Positions 13,201 through 27,310 of a DNA stretch of 64,000 bases are shown piece after piece; position 1 is the stretch's first letter; the number at the start of each line of letters is the position of its first letter. Location: assembly GCA_024704765.1 (NCBI GenBank), contig JAKMXF010000266.1:186001-250000 (forward strand). The letters are read 5' to 3'. The notes below the pieces were generated by a model. The model ran no database searches, was not told the DNA's origin, and saw nothing but the letters and a program-made list of their open reading frames with translations. The translations under genes and the position numbers were made by a program. The DNA is from Oopsacas minuta. Lineage: Eukaryota > Animalia > Porifera.

Positions 13201-13689
13201 ATGAAACAGGAAGATAGAGACACTATTTCGCGGTTTTTAGCCCTTGAACCGATTATTATTAACATGAAAGATTTCTCGGCTCTAGAAGACTGCAGTTATT
13301 TCTGGAGTAATTTGCCTGGACTGAATAGGCCCAAAGTTGCCGGACACAGTGCTAAACTTCGTCTCCAAGACTGCCTTACTAAAGGAATGGGCCGGATTGC
13401 AAAAGTCGAAAAGGTAAAACCATCTGCTTACAAGGGCAGTAAATCAAGAGAACACATTTATCCAGTGAGAGTTAGAATCCCAGAATCCGACCCTGAAGAT
13501 GATAACCTATTCATAAACGAACTGGAAGAAATACACAGTTTACCAAAGCACTATACAGACGTTGCCAATAATAGCATTGAGGATCGACAAACTCTAGTCG
13601 AAAATTCTTGGTGTGTTCCAGCTATCAAATACATCCTTGCCCCTCTCAAAGGCTATTTTAAATCTAATCCCCCATTAATCGCTCAATAA
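10276..13689 (+). CDS. DNMT3: DNMT3-family protein (AT-hooks, PWWP, ADD, C5-methyltransferase fold), predicted catalytically inactive; exons 10276-11720, 12390-13689, about 914 aa
   Basis: The 669-nt intron 11721..12389 (GTAAGT...TTTAG) joins CLGCRK|NDEDLKEHPLIEGGFCDNC in frame. PWWP: LVWGKIKSCEWWPG. ADD: YCSICAGG...WHCFLC. MTase: IRVLGLFDGIS, ASEI, WGPFDLVCGGPPSQDIS, RPFFWFFETT, YFWSNLPG, SWCVPAIKYILAPLKGYF. Confidence 0.93.
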
Positions 13690-13974
13690 CCTCATCTACA
13701 TTATCGGCTATTAGACAGTCAGTTTTCACTTCATTTTTAACGTAATATATTTGTAGCAATATATCTTGTATTTTCATCTGGTGACTAGCTTCAAATTTAG
13801 ATTATATCTGTATTCCCCTTTTGATAAATTGTTTTATTGATTTAATTTATATTTCTGCTATCACCAATATATTTTGAATTTTGCTCTCTGAATTATACTT
13901 CTTATATTTGTACTTTACTGCTCTAATTCTATTTCCCGTAGTATGTGATATAATCGAACGAAATAATATTTTAT

Positions 13975-14814
13975 TTGAATGATTACTTTTCCATTCCAAG
14001 CCTCATGCAGGTTGGAAAGCACGGCAGTGCTCCGTGTGAGTTTGATCATCCCCGTGCAATGAGGATCGATAAGCTAACAGGACATGTATACATTATTGAT
14101 ACGAACAACAGTCGTATACAAGTATGGGATGAAAATCTAGACTATCTCACTCAATTTGGTAAAGGTATACTCCATTATCCTCGGGCTATAACTATAATCG
14201 ATGGAAACATATTTGTAACTGACTTTTTCAAAGATTTTCTATATAAATTCAGTCTACCCAATTATGTTCTGATCAAATCGAAACTGCAAGACAAACCCCT
14301 ACCAAAGCTGCATAACCCTACAGCTATTGATGATGAAAACAATGAACTATTTGTATTAGAAGCAGATAAGCGGAGAATCCTTGTATTCACCGAAAACCTT
14401 GAATTTTTGAGATCTCTAGCCAAAGGTGTAATCAACGTTGCTTTTGATCTACAAGTTAAGCAAGGTATAATTCATGTATTAGAGGTGGACACAAATTTAA
14501 TACAATTATTAAATTCACAAAACGGTCAGCTGATTGCATCAGTTTTGACTAATCATAATTCTATGTCCTTTTACAATGCTTGCCATTTTTCCCTTAATCC
14601 TGAAACCAATCAATACTATATTACAGATTGGAAACTAAATAAAGTTAAAATAATATCAGGTACTGGTGCATTCATTCGTATAATAGATACGTCATATTAT
14701 CAGTGCCTACAACCACGAGGGATCGTTTCTTACCCCAACAAGGATATTATTATCACCTTCCAGGAGGGAAAAAACGCTCTGGCTAAGTTACCAACAGTAT
14801 TCTCCACCGATTAG
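13975..14814 (+). CDS. NHL-repeat beta-propeller protein
   Basis: NHL-type repeats: GKHGSAPCEFDHPRAMRID...VYIIDTNNSRIQVWD, GKGILHYPRAITI, LHNPTAID, LQPRGIV. Start uncertain (first in-frame ATG is at 14005; an upstream exon is possible). Confidence 0.75.
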   Translation: MNDYFSIPSLMQVGKHGSAPCEFDHPRAMRIDKLTGHVYIIDTNNSRIQVWDENLDYLTQFGKGILHYPRAITIIDGNIFVTDFFKDFLYKFSLPNYVLIKSKLQDKPLPKLHNPTAIDDENNELFVLEADKRRILVFTENLEFLRSLAKGVINVAFDLQVKQGIIHVLEVDTNLIQLLNSQNGQLIASVLTNHNSMSFYNACHFSLNPETNQYYITDWKLNKVKIISGTGAFIRIIDTSYYQCLQPRGIVSYPNKDIIITFQEGKNALAKLPTVFSTD

Positions 14815-14959
14815 TTCACTTTGTATTACTTACTATTTGAATCACTAATATTTGCTAGTATGTTTCACTATTGCTCTATGACATATCTTTCAATTTATCA
14901 ATGATTTTACATAGCTATTTATATCATTTATCGTTTTGTTGATTAGTTTAATATTCAAG

Positions 14960-17900
14960 ATGTTAGAGAGTGTAATAGCATACATCCTACGGAGTTATCT
15001 AGGGGAATACCTTGAAAATGTAGCAACAGACCAGCTCAGTTTCTTGCTATTAAGTGGCTGCGTAGAAATCGAGAATCTCCCAGTAAAAACTGATGGTATA
15101 CGAAAACTTCGATTGCCAATAGGGATAAAGGGTGGATTTGTTAGCAAATTGAAACTAAAGATTCCATTGAGTGCTATGAAGTCTCAACCTTGGGAAGTAG
15201 TTATACAAGGACTATATGTTATAATTGAGCCTGAGGAATTAGCTAAAATAAATGAAGAAGATGAAATCCAGTTTGAGAAAGCTAACAAAATGAAGAGACT
15301 CAAAAAAATGGAAGAAAGTTGGAAGGAAGAACAAAAACAACAGAATTCTGACGGATCATGGACTTCCAAACTTTTTGCTACAATTTTAGAAAACTTGCAG
15401 GTTAGCATAGAACAAGTACATATACGTTATGAAGAGCGAAATTCCGCAGATTTGCCTTATTCGTTAGGTGTGAGGATAGCTAAGTTAGCTGCACATTCTA
15501 CCGATGAAAACTGGAATCAGAACTTCACATCAAATCGTGCTAAATCATGGAAATTAGTTGAGTTGACTAACCTTGAAGTTTACACTGATAACATATCTCA
15601 TCATAATATCACCTTCCTACCATTAGATCTTCCTCATATAATGGATTCGTTGGGGCTAATTCAGGATTCAAATATTCCCTATAAAGGTCCTGGTAAATGC
15701 TCACATCATGACAAACTATACAGCTTCAGTAGTCTGCTAGAACCTGTATCTTGCAGGGCTAAGGTCATCCGAAATCGCAACCCACATCCATTGCAAATCG
15801 ATAATGGGCCTCGATACCAACTATACATTGAGCTTCCTAACGTTAAAATGTCTCTTAGCAAACTCCAATATCAAAGCTTTATAGGAACAGGCAATGCATT
15901 TGATATGTATTATAGATCTATAGCTGTAAGGAAATGGAGACCAGATGTACCGGTTAAAGAAAATCCCAGAGCTTGGTGGCATTTTGCAGTTAAAGTTCAT
16001 CAAACTCGAATTTCTGAGCGTAATTACAGGAAAAGTTGGGAATTTATTCTAAATCGAGTCTCTACAATTATTTTCTACACAAAAACTTATAAACAATATT
16101 TACTAGGATCTGTTTGGTTGGATTCGACTCAACAATCCAAGTTAGCTGCGATAGAAGACGAATTATCCTATGACGAGATATCTATACTAAGACGCATTGT
16201 GATGTCACAGGTCGAGGAGATATTATTAGCTGACGGCTCTAACTCTGGTTCGGTTTACAGTAACTACGCGTCATATTGGAGCTCCTGGCTTCCGTCAAAC
16301 TGGGGTGGAGCACCAACACTATCTGAAGCACCTTCAAAGGCCGCAAGTCCAGATCAAATTTCTAGTGAACTACCAAACTTTTCTCGTTCAGAATTCGAAG
16401 AGGAATTAGATGAATTCCTAGAACTAGACTCCCAAACCTCGAATAGCTTTCTATTTCGTGATCACCAATTCGCTAGTGCATGTTTCTCCATGCAAGAGGG
16501 CTCTCTATCCTTATACGACCCTTCTAATACAATACAAGGTATAATTGATATGAATTTCAGTCATCTAAAGCTTGTAATGGCTGTAAGACCTAGGATTAAC
16601 TACTACAGATTTGATTTATCACTCGCATCTATACAGATCCTTGACAAACACCATTTGACTTCTTTTTTCCCTGTTTTGGTTGGACCAATTCGAACTAAAT
16701 CCTGCTCTGCTTCTGAACTATTTTCACTATGTATTGTGAAGAGAAAATCTAAGAAATTCGCGGATTTAAGTATATCAGGCCGTTCCCAACCGCTTGAAGC
16801 AATATGCAACATGAATATAGTTAGTCTGCTACAGGAATTCTTCAAACTACCATTTATACCGAGCGGATCAAACCTTGAGGAGAATTTGACTCATATAATG
16901 CGTGAAAAGATAAAAGCTCTAAAGTCATACACTATGAAGGAAATACGGCCTGTTATTGCTGAGGCTCTACAAGATGACAGATGGTGGAGTTCTAAACATC
17001 TCAATCTTGATCTAGAGATATCAGCTCCTCTATTCGTACTCCCAGAAGATTTCTGGTTGGAAGAGAGCAGAGCTATCATTATCGATCTTGGGCTATTCTC
17101 TTTGAAAACGCTTCAAGAAAATAATGTTGTATCTTCCTCCATGGAGCTTGATAATGAATCAGATGATGACTTCGGAACTCCCGTCGGGACCATAACTCCA
17201 CAAGAACTACCCACATCGCCTGCTAATAAGACTGATGCATTTGAGGAATATTTTACAAAAGTAGTATTGAATACACTATACGATCGTTATCAGCTAGATG
17301 TTAAGAATCTACAAATCCTCGTTACTAATAATTATAATTCAGAATCTTGCAAACTAGCTTACAACCAATCTTCTACTCCCTTACACGTTCTCGACAAGTT
17401 AACGGTTAGTCTACAGCTGTGTAGGAGGCTGAGATTCACATGTGATCCTTCTGAGTCTAATATTGCTATTACCGGGGCGTTACCCAGGCTAGATATCCAT
17501 ATTGACGAGGCAAAGTTCAATACTATTCTACGCATCCAGGAGAATTTCATGAAAACATTAATAAATAATCCGAGAAAGCATTCTACCACTGTTGTAACGA
17601 TTCCTAAGATCACAAGCCATGTTGACTGCTCGCCATCAAAGCAAATGAGTACGAGTATCCTATGGGTTCAAGATCAGAATTATAGTTGGGATGTTGAGAA
17701 GAAAAACTTTCTCATGGAGACGAAGCTACTTGATGCTAGCTTCACTCTCCAAGAGGTTACACTATCATTTTCTCATCACAATAGAACTATTATACAACTA
17801 CGTGTACCTGGAATTCAACTTACTCATATACAACGTCCTTACGACTATAACCAGTCGCTTTCTATTCAGGATGTTTTCGTAGCAGATGTATTGCAAAGAT

Positions 17901-20900
17901 TTGGTACACAGTATGAATTATTGATTTATAGCCAAGGTAGAGAGAAATACTACAGTGAAGAGAATGGAAACTTAATTTACTCGTCTAGCATTTCACATAT
18001 TGATAAGAGTGTCTCAAATGAAATGTTCTACTCTATTGCACAAGATAAAGTCTGTGAGTCGAATGCCTTACTTAAATTGGACAGGCAAGTTATTTTTAAA
18101 GAGTCTCCGAACTCAAAATACCCTTATGACATAGTGAAGATAAACGCTGCATTTACTTCACTGGATATTATAGCAAATCAAGAGACCCTTGTAGAATTGT
18201 TAGCTTTTTTCAATTCTCTACCAATCCAAAATATCAACAAACAACCAATTCATATACAAGATACGCAAGTTGTGGCTCAAACTCAACCAGATCCTGACCA
18301 AACCCTGACAGAAATGTCTGCAAAGTTCCAATGTTTAACTGCTAAATTTGTATGCAGTGAGGGTCCTAACGATTTAAAAGAGGTCGGAATTATAAGAGGA
18401 TACGGATTGAACCTGGAATTAGTTGCTCATGAAGAAATCAGTATGACTGGACATTTGAGAGGTATTTCTCTAGAGAGTATCATGGAAAATGACGTGAATC
18501 ATAAAAGATTGTTGAGTGTGGGACAGTTAGATCAAAGTAGTTCTGAGAACAATATTGAGAATGCATTCAATTTCAAAGTTCTCTATAAATCACTTTCAAA
18601 ACAGCTTGCACTTGATTTTGAGTTGGCTTCTGTTCATTATACACATTCCTCGATTTTCCTTTCAAGTGTACAACAATGTTTCTCTGAATTTCAATACTAC
18701 TTCACCAGAGCACGTGAATCTTTGGAATCTGCAGCCAAAGACATGGCTTATTCTCTATTCCACAAAGTGGAAAGTCTAGAACCTCTTTCTCCTGAGAACA
18801 CTCCAACGAACGTGTTTGTTGATAACATCCAGATATCATATAATATTCTAGTGAATGCTCCTACATTACAACTTGAAAATCAAGAAAATTGTGCAGATAA
18901 ATTCATTTTCAATCTTGGTGAGATCACTATCACAAATCGGTCTGCTAGCAATAACAATCCAAACTTCGAACATATAATTATATCTGTTCGCAATGTATTC
19001 ATGCTAGCAAAGATACAGAATCAATCGTATCGGATATTGGAGAATACTAACAGCAAAATATCTGTTGTTCGAAAACTCAACACGAGTGTTTCTATGCTTG
19101 AATGTGAATTCTTGTCCGAAATTCCAATCCCAGACTTCAATATATCACCTCAAGTCGAGTTGGTGATATTTTCAAACTTTGATGAAGATATTCAAGTAAC
19201 TCTTCACAAAATGTGTTTTGATACGTTAATGGAAATCCTCCAACAAAATTCAAACCCAAGCAAAACTCTTTTAACCGCCAAATCAGTTTCAGAATCTCAA
19301 ATACTCGGATCTGATACCGTCATTGAAGATGAAGATTTTAAATCCATCTTCTTTTGGGCGGGTTGTCAAATACACAATATAACATTAACAATCTCACAAG
19401 ACATTGGCTTGGAAACTAAGAAAATAGTTGCATTTTCAACAAGCGACTTTTCAGCTTCTATATATCAAGAACAACCCTACCTATACACTATAGATACTAA
19501 ACTAGGCGGAGTACGGGGTTATGACCTATTGAACGACAAGAAAAGGACATTTCTGGTTACGTCATACCTACAAGATTACACTACATACCCCGAGGCTTTC
19601 TGCCAGTACTCAACTCTACCGGAAACTATCTCGTATAAATCACCGTTGAGGGCCTACGAACTGAGTCTAAACGAAATAAACATTAGCTCACATAAACCAG
19701 AGCAACCTCCTTTAAAAACGCAAGATTTAGTTTCTACAAAGATTACTCTCGTTGATTCCAACCATCCAGAGTATTCTAATGTATATCAGGATATTCCTAC
19801 ACACGCTACCATCAATATGAATCACATCCATATAATAATAAATCTACAAACTTGGGTTCTATTGCTTGATTTCTTTGATATTACACCGCATAATGATAAT
19901 CTAATAACTCCACTACCTTCTGTTATCAAATCTCCAATTTTATCTCCTCAGCCTCTCATCCCATTCAAGCCTCTATCTTCCCTCAGTCCGTTGAGTAGCC
20001 AGGTATTCACAGAATATTCGATTCCGCCGCTGCCATTACGCGACCCCGATGAAGATGAGATTATATCAATCCCAGCTTCTGCCTGTAGCTCAGTCAGATC
20101 AAACTCTATTCCTCTCAATAACAGAAGTAAATTCTCTATAATGGTAGATGTCTCTATCAACTCTCTTATCGCTATATTCAATAAATCAATCTACCCATTA
20201 ACTTGTAACTCAGCTACTGGCTTTAAATCCTCTATCAAAATGGAGAAAGGAGATGTTAATATTGTGGGTGAGCTAGGTAAAGCTAGTCTAATTGATTTAT
20301 CCCCACATGGTGAGTTGTACAGGGAAAAGTTTGTCACTCATGGCGAAAATGCATTATACTTTGAATTTTTCAAATACGGAGAATCAGACAATAATCTTGT
20401 GAGAGAATTTGACATGCGAGCGAATTTCAGAATGGCTTCAGTCCGGTATGTTCACACGAAGAGGTTTATGAATGAGAATCTAGCGTTCTGTCAGCATTTC
20501 TTCCAATTAATCGATGCCTTCCAAAGAATGAAAGCTAATTCAAATGGAAACGTGTCATTTTCAGGACCTGAGAGACATCCTCGTATCAAGTTAGACGTTT
20601 CAGCCGCTAGTCCAATTATTTTCATACCCTCTCATGGTCTCTCTCCTTACCTATTTATTGGAGAACTTGGACACATCACTGTGTCAAACGTCTTCCTGTT
20701 TGATGGCAGAAAAGGTACTTGGACGCAGCGAAACAGAAACTCCCCTTATCGTTCACCTGAAAAATCATACAAAGTTTCTCCTCTACATATTAAGGAACAT
20801 TCTCTGATTGAAGACTCTCAGTACAAAGGACCTTGTCTTCTTGACCTCATGCGGATTGAGCTGCAGGGTAATGACGTATTCACAGCTATGTTTGATGTTG

Positions 20901-23900
20901 AAAACAGTGTATTCGTAAGAGAAGATTCTAAAATATTGAAAGAAAAACTAAATTATAGGGTAGTATTCGAGCATAACCTTCATATGCCAATGTGTCATAC
21001 AGTACCGAATTTCAGGTTTGAGATTTACATTTCAGATTCACACTGTATGCTAGACAAGAAACAAATGGACGCTTTCAAAACCTTTCTTGGCAAGAACTTG
21101 GGGGAAGATTTAGGTGAATTTGAACGTCCTACGAGTGTCATTAGAGATCCGATTGTTTTTGAGGATTTTGAAGATAGATGGGTTGAACTGAGTTTCTGTT
21201 TCAATTTTCAGCATGTATGTTTGGAGTTTGTTTCCTCGCGTGCTACACACAAAGACGATATCGACCAGTTTCTCTCTCGATTCTATATGCACAATACCAC
21301 TCTACAAATCGAATTGTATTCTGATTCTACCAAAGATATTGATTTTATAAGCCGAGAGATGTCAATAGTTGATGTACGGTACGATGATTACGTTGAGTCA
21401 CAAAAACCTTCTATTTATAGAAAAGTTCTTCTAACCAGGAATGCTTTCGAAAACGACCCTTCTACTTCTAGTTTGCAGGTCGAGGTTCATGTAAAGCTAA
21501 ATCCTCAACGAATGGAGTATACCATCATTTTGAATAATTTGAGGATGATTTTTATGATGGACTTGGCTCTTTTGTGTTGGAGTTTTGTTGCTGATAGTAG
21601 TGAAGAGTTTCATCATTTATTCGATATTCCGAAATTGCCCAAACACTCCACCCTCTCATCTTCCATGCAATCTCCTCCATCACAGAAGAGCAGAGATCTC
21701 CAGATTAAAGTTAGCGTTACAGAAACAGATTTTGTCATAATAGAAGACTTGACGTCACCTGACTCGCAAGCTCTCGTTTGTAAAGGAATAACTGTAATGA
21801 CATTCACTAGCAACCCCACATATGAATTTACCTGGAATATGCATGGAGTTGAGTTGTTTTCCTGTTGCTTTGCAAGCGAAGAAGAAACAGCTCTTTCAAT
21901 TATCGACCCTCTTAATATAACTATAGAAATACCTAGGAATCATAAATTGTGTCATTCTTACCCGCTCCATATTGAAGTACAGACAGTAAATACTAGATTA
22001 TCCTATAACGACATGAAACTATTTGCTGCTATTTTCAAGTCAATTTCTAGCATACTTCATGTCCATCAAATGTCTTCAAGTAGTTATGAAACTCCTGAGA
22101 ATACAATGGCGGAATCTAATGTAATAGATTCTAGTACAAGGCCAGATATTTTCGACTCGTATGTAATGGTTGAAAAAGTCCCTAAAGCTAAGTTGAGAGA
22201 GAAATCAAATGAAAAGAAGAGCGAGCATAGTACATTTGGTGAGATAACAGTGCATATTAATGAGTTTAAGCTTGTTCTGATAGACGATTGTGGAAATTGT
22301 GATATTCCATTGGGAGAACTGAACGTGGATCATTTATCAGTTATCCAATCGCTTTATCCCCCGTACATCGGACATTCTAATGTAAAACTTGCTACCAACT
22401 ATTATAATCGTAACAATTCCGCGTGGGAGCCTTTAGTAGAGCCGTTTAAGGTTACAAGTGAATGGAAGAGAGAGATTAAAAGTAAACTAGCGAGGGGTGA
22501 GGAAGATGTTCGATATCCGTATTATACGTATACACTTCTGAGTGATGAAATTATATTGTTAAATTTTACAAGCTCATTTTTGGATATTCTCAAGGACACG
22601 CAGAGCAGTTGGGGAGAAGATCTCACTCAATCAATTGACCAACAGCCTCTAGGTCTGCCAATGACTGGCTCAATGTCAAATCAAGGCAAACTACAATCAC
22701 ACGGCTCTGCTACTCAATTGAGTTCCCTAGCTGTACGTAGTATATCCGGGTTTAATTTCCGTAAGAGAAAACCTTTCATCCCATTTAGACTGGAGAATAA
22801 CACAGGGCTACCGTTAAGATTTGCTACACTCACTAAAAACCCGTATAAAGTAAGTCATCATAGTTCAATGTTGTACGAACCATCCATGCATTATCTCAAC
22901 TCAGAATTGAGAGGTTGGCTAGATGTGCCAGCTGGTAGCAGCTTGTCATTTGCGTTCGAGAAGAAGAGTAAAATACGTCATCAACATTTACAGATAAAAA
23001 CGATTCATTTGTTAGTTGTTGAAGTTGAGGGTTGGAAAGAGACTAAAACCCCTGTATCAGCTGATCAAGTCGGAATCGTATTTCGTGATCTAAAACCCCG
23101 AAATACTTCTTATCCATCTGTTAAACTGATATTCTCAATCAAACTAGATGGAGCTCAAAAAGTTATAAATGTTCGCACACCAATCGCAGTAAAGAATGAA
23201 TTGAAATTTGAAATGGAAATAAAGTTAACCGGTGAGCTACCGAACCAAACCACACACGAATTTTCGCTAAAACCGGATTGTTTCGCCTCAATCCCATTAA
23301 ACCGGCAGCAATCGAATATATTTATACGTCCCAGAGGTTGGGGAGCTCAATACCCCTCGCATCCTCTCAACTTAGACGCAGTTGAAAGATCTGACCTTTG
23401 GAGAGTGTGTGTGCCTTTTGGTCCGAAAGACCACAAAGCTCATAAACAAAGTTTCATTTACACTTATTCAGTGACAGAGATTAGGAAAGCTGGTCTAACC
23501 TCGACTCCTCTCGTTTTCAAAACAATTATGCTTACACATCCGTTTATAATAGAGAACTTACTCCCTCATGATATTTCTGTAGAAATATGTGACTTGAACC
23601 AGACTAAGAATATTAAGCCAGGTGCTAGCATGCCTATAATCAGCTTCACTCCCTCGAGAGGATTCTCCTTCTATCTGCATATGGACAATTTCCAGCCGAG
23701 CCACAAGATTAACATATCTCCATTCTACAGTGAGTCCCCTACAGTTCAACACGAAATTATCAGAGACGTTGATAATCGGCAGTTACAGTTAACTGTTTCA
23801 GTGTCTGTGGAGAAATGTCCCGCAAGGAAAATATCAATAATGGCTCCATACTGGTTAATAAATAGATCAAATCTACCGCTAATATTCCGAGAAGACAACA

Positions 23901-26900
23901 GTGAGTCAGAAGCTGCTGGACAATTCCAAGCCCACGAGACAGCACGTTCTATTATAGCATTACCGTTTTCGTTTATTAGCTCAGATGCAACTGTGGCCCA
24001 ATGTCAAATGCGATTAGGAAAATCTCCTCTAATACCGGATGGAAGGCCGAGTTGGAGCGGAAACTTTAGACTACACAGTCAAGGGGGTGTTGTCCTACTT
24101 TACGTACTAGTATCTTCCAATACTGTCCCTATTGAGTACCAATTGGCTGTAGAAATAACTAAAGGTTCTGGAAAATATAAAGATATTTCAATGGTTACTT
24201 TTATTAATAGATTCCAATTAGAGAATCTTACTTCACTTCCTATACGTTACTTACAGAACTGTCAATTTGAGAATGATCATGAATTAATTGAGTTTACCGA
24301 TAGTACAAAACAAATAATCATGCCAAATTCTATCACATCATTTAATTGGCCGAGGTCAGATCGAGATAATTTCCTGAGAGTAAAATATGAGGAAATCGCA
24401 GGTGTATTTTGGTCTGGCCCTTTCAAAGTAGTAGAAGAAGATACTTTCGTTTTGAGCCTGAAATCGAAAGAAGACAATTTATATTTCATTCGTGTTAACA
24501 TCCGTCAGAAAAACTATGCCTACATCATTCGTTTCTCAGATACACAGAATATTCCACCGCCATTTATCATTCAAAATTATTCCCAAGTACCAATCTATTA
24601 CATACAGCGTTCCATAGCTCTGTCACACAAACACTGTATCAAGCCAGGTCAAAGCAAGGCATACGCTTGGGATGAAATTCTCTCTGAACAGAAGTTAAAG
24701 ATATTTGTAGATGACATTGATCAGAATGTAATCTATGATCCTGTAATCCAGAGTGAACAACACAAGCTAGGTTATGAAAATTTCTTCTATATAGCGCTAT
24801 ATGACACATTTTGTAAAGAATCACCTATTCCTGGTGAACAACTTGTACTCAGCATTGAACCGAAAACACATAAAGTTATATTCACTAGAAAATCCAATCA
24901 CCATTCCCAACAATGGAGAATGACAGGAGCTGGAAGAATACAGCATGTAAGCTCACTGAAACAAGGTTACAACTTAGTACTGGATATTAATGATAGTCGG
25001 AAATCAGGTATATTATCTGCCGCGTGTATACCATTAGTTCTGAAGGATAAAGATGAAAAGCGTGACCTTACACAGAAGTGGGAATTTAACGATGGACTTT
25101 TGACCTTAGCTAATCCACCACATCAGTGTGTTTGCGCTAAAATGGTATCAGTTAGTGTTCTGCCATACGACGCGGTTCTTGTAGCTAATCCAAAGGCTGT
25201 ACACTCTCTTAAGGAAGGATTGTCACTGCCACCAAATCACCACATACGTACACTCAAGTGTAAGCCAGGATCTGGCATGTTATCAGTTAGAATCTCAACC
25301 AAAGGCCCGTCTAACATTATACGGATAACAGACAATAATCCAATATACCACCATTTGAATATTTCCCCTCATAACTGGAACAAGCCAGAATCTAAAGTGA
25401 ATTCTATTATGAAACTGCTAATTGATGAAGAATCCCTTGGATCACCATATGAATTTTTATTCATTTGTGAGTCAATGAAAGGCATTGGCCTTTCTCTCAT
25501 TAGCAATGGAGAAGAGTTGACATATAATTCATTCGATAATGTCATAGCTCTATACAAACGTACGAATAAATCTGAAATATTTGAAATTAATATCGCGGAT
25601 GTTCAGGTTGATGATCAAACAGCTGGCATACACACTAATACAATATTTTACGTGGAAGATAGCGAGGATAATCGCAAACAAGCGTTCAGCATTTCCTTAG
25701 AAAGATTATTCGATAGTTCACCTGGATTCTACTTTTTTAAATTCTTACACATTCAGTTGAAAAATTATGTGTTAACAATCGATGAAAGAATTCTGTTTAA
25801 ACTCTTACTACTCTTCGGTCTTGGTCAGATGTCATCTAGTGACCAACAGCCTTCTAGTGACCTTATTAGGACATTCCCCATTGAAAACCCTTCGGACACA
25901 AAATATTTCTATTTTAGAGACATTTTCATTGACTCTACCAAGCTAAATACCAGCGTAATCACTGTATCAAACTTATCACCTCAACTACAGGCAATAAAGT
26001 CACAACTGGGCATAAAGATGGTTAAATTCCAAGCTACCATCTCGTTGACAGACTACCAACGAAAACACAATTTTGATCGCTTGCAAGAACATATAGCCTC
26101 TATCTGCTATCATTACAAAACTTGTTTAACAGGTCAAGCTCTCAAAGTTCTAGGTTCAGTGGATTTCTTAGGGAATCCAGTCGGTTTATTTAATGACCTT
26201 ACCAAGGGTATAACTGGGCTGATAATGTTCCGTCATGGATTCAGCGGTCTGTTGCGAGACGTTACTCACGGACTGTCTGATTCCACAAGCAAGCTTACTG
26301 GTAGTGCCGGTAACTTGGTTTCATATATGACATTTGATAAACAGTACCAGAAGGAGAGAGAAGATCTGAATCCTGTTTTGGCTAGCTCTGCACAGCACTT
26401 AGGAGCAGGTAAGCTTTGCATAGTCTATTATTTTCTCAGGGTGTATTATCTCGACATTACGTTTCAAAATACATCTGTGTAACCTCCTAATATACGTTTT
26501 CTGCTACGCTGGTGGAGGTTACGTATATTTATACGTTGGTGTTTGTGCAGGATAAAATGTGCTTTTTATAAGTGATTTTTGCTAGGTTTAAACAGCTTTG
26601 CATCTGGTATGTTCGGAGGCATAACTTCAATCATAACTTCTCCATATCAAGGAGCTCAGGATGGACTACTTGGATTTATGACTGGAGTAGGTAAGGGAGT
26701 AGTAGGAACAATAGCTAAACCAATAGCAGGTACACTAGACCTAGTTAGTAATACATCAGCTGCTTTGAGGGTGCAGACACTCTCATCTAATGAACCACAC
26801 GAGAGAAAACGTCTTCCTAGATGTTGTGCAGGAGCAGGAGGGGTCCTCCCAATATATACAGGTAGGAGTGCGAAAGGAGTCCATTATTTCAGCCAGTTTT

Positions 26901-27310
26901 GTGAATGGGAGTCCGCTGGGGGCTCTTTCATCTCATTAGAAGACGTACGTCATGACACAAACGAGTATATCCAAGTAGTGATATCAACATGCGCATTATA
27001 CTTCATAAACGTAACACGTAAACAGAAAAATCTTCTAACTACAGATGTACAAGTCATAATTAGACTTTCTCGGCTAAAAAGCATAAATATATGCTCCAAG
27101 CCTATGGCGTGTGATAAAGATCATATAGTGTATCTTCACCATCTAGAATTTGAAGTATTATACGATGATGATAAACCGAAAATATACCAGATACCTTGTC
27201 ATTCACACGAAGTTGCTATTAAACTTAACCAGATAGTGGAATATGCTAAACATCTCCGTGAAGAAGAGAAGCAGGTTATCCCCACAACAAGTTTTGAAGA
27301 CTACTGGTAA
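14960..27310 (+). CDS. VPS13D: Vacuolar protein sorting 13D (bridge-like lipid transfer protein); exons 14960-26408 and 26586-27310, about 4057 aa
   Basis: Chorein N-terminus MLESVIAYILRSYLGEYLEN, SHR-binding/VAB region (APYWLINRSNLPL), ricin-type segment (SQQWRMTGAGRI...TQKWEFNDG) typical of VPS13D, ATG2-like C-terminus (KVLGSVDFLGNPVGLFND, GVGKGVVGTIAKP) and PH-like tail. Intron 26409..26585 joins the ORFs in frame. Confidence 0.92.

Noticed and set aside
15184-25557. Numerous 60-84-aa ORFs overlapping VPS13D, and similar short ORFs inside SLC1, PIPOX, NHL and GVIN genes
   Set aside because: Antisense or out-of-frame by-products of long real CDSs with no recognisable motifs.
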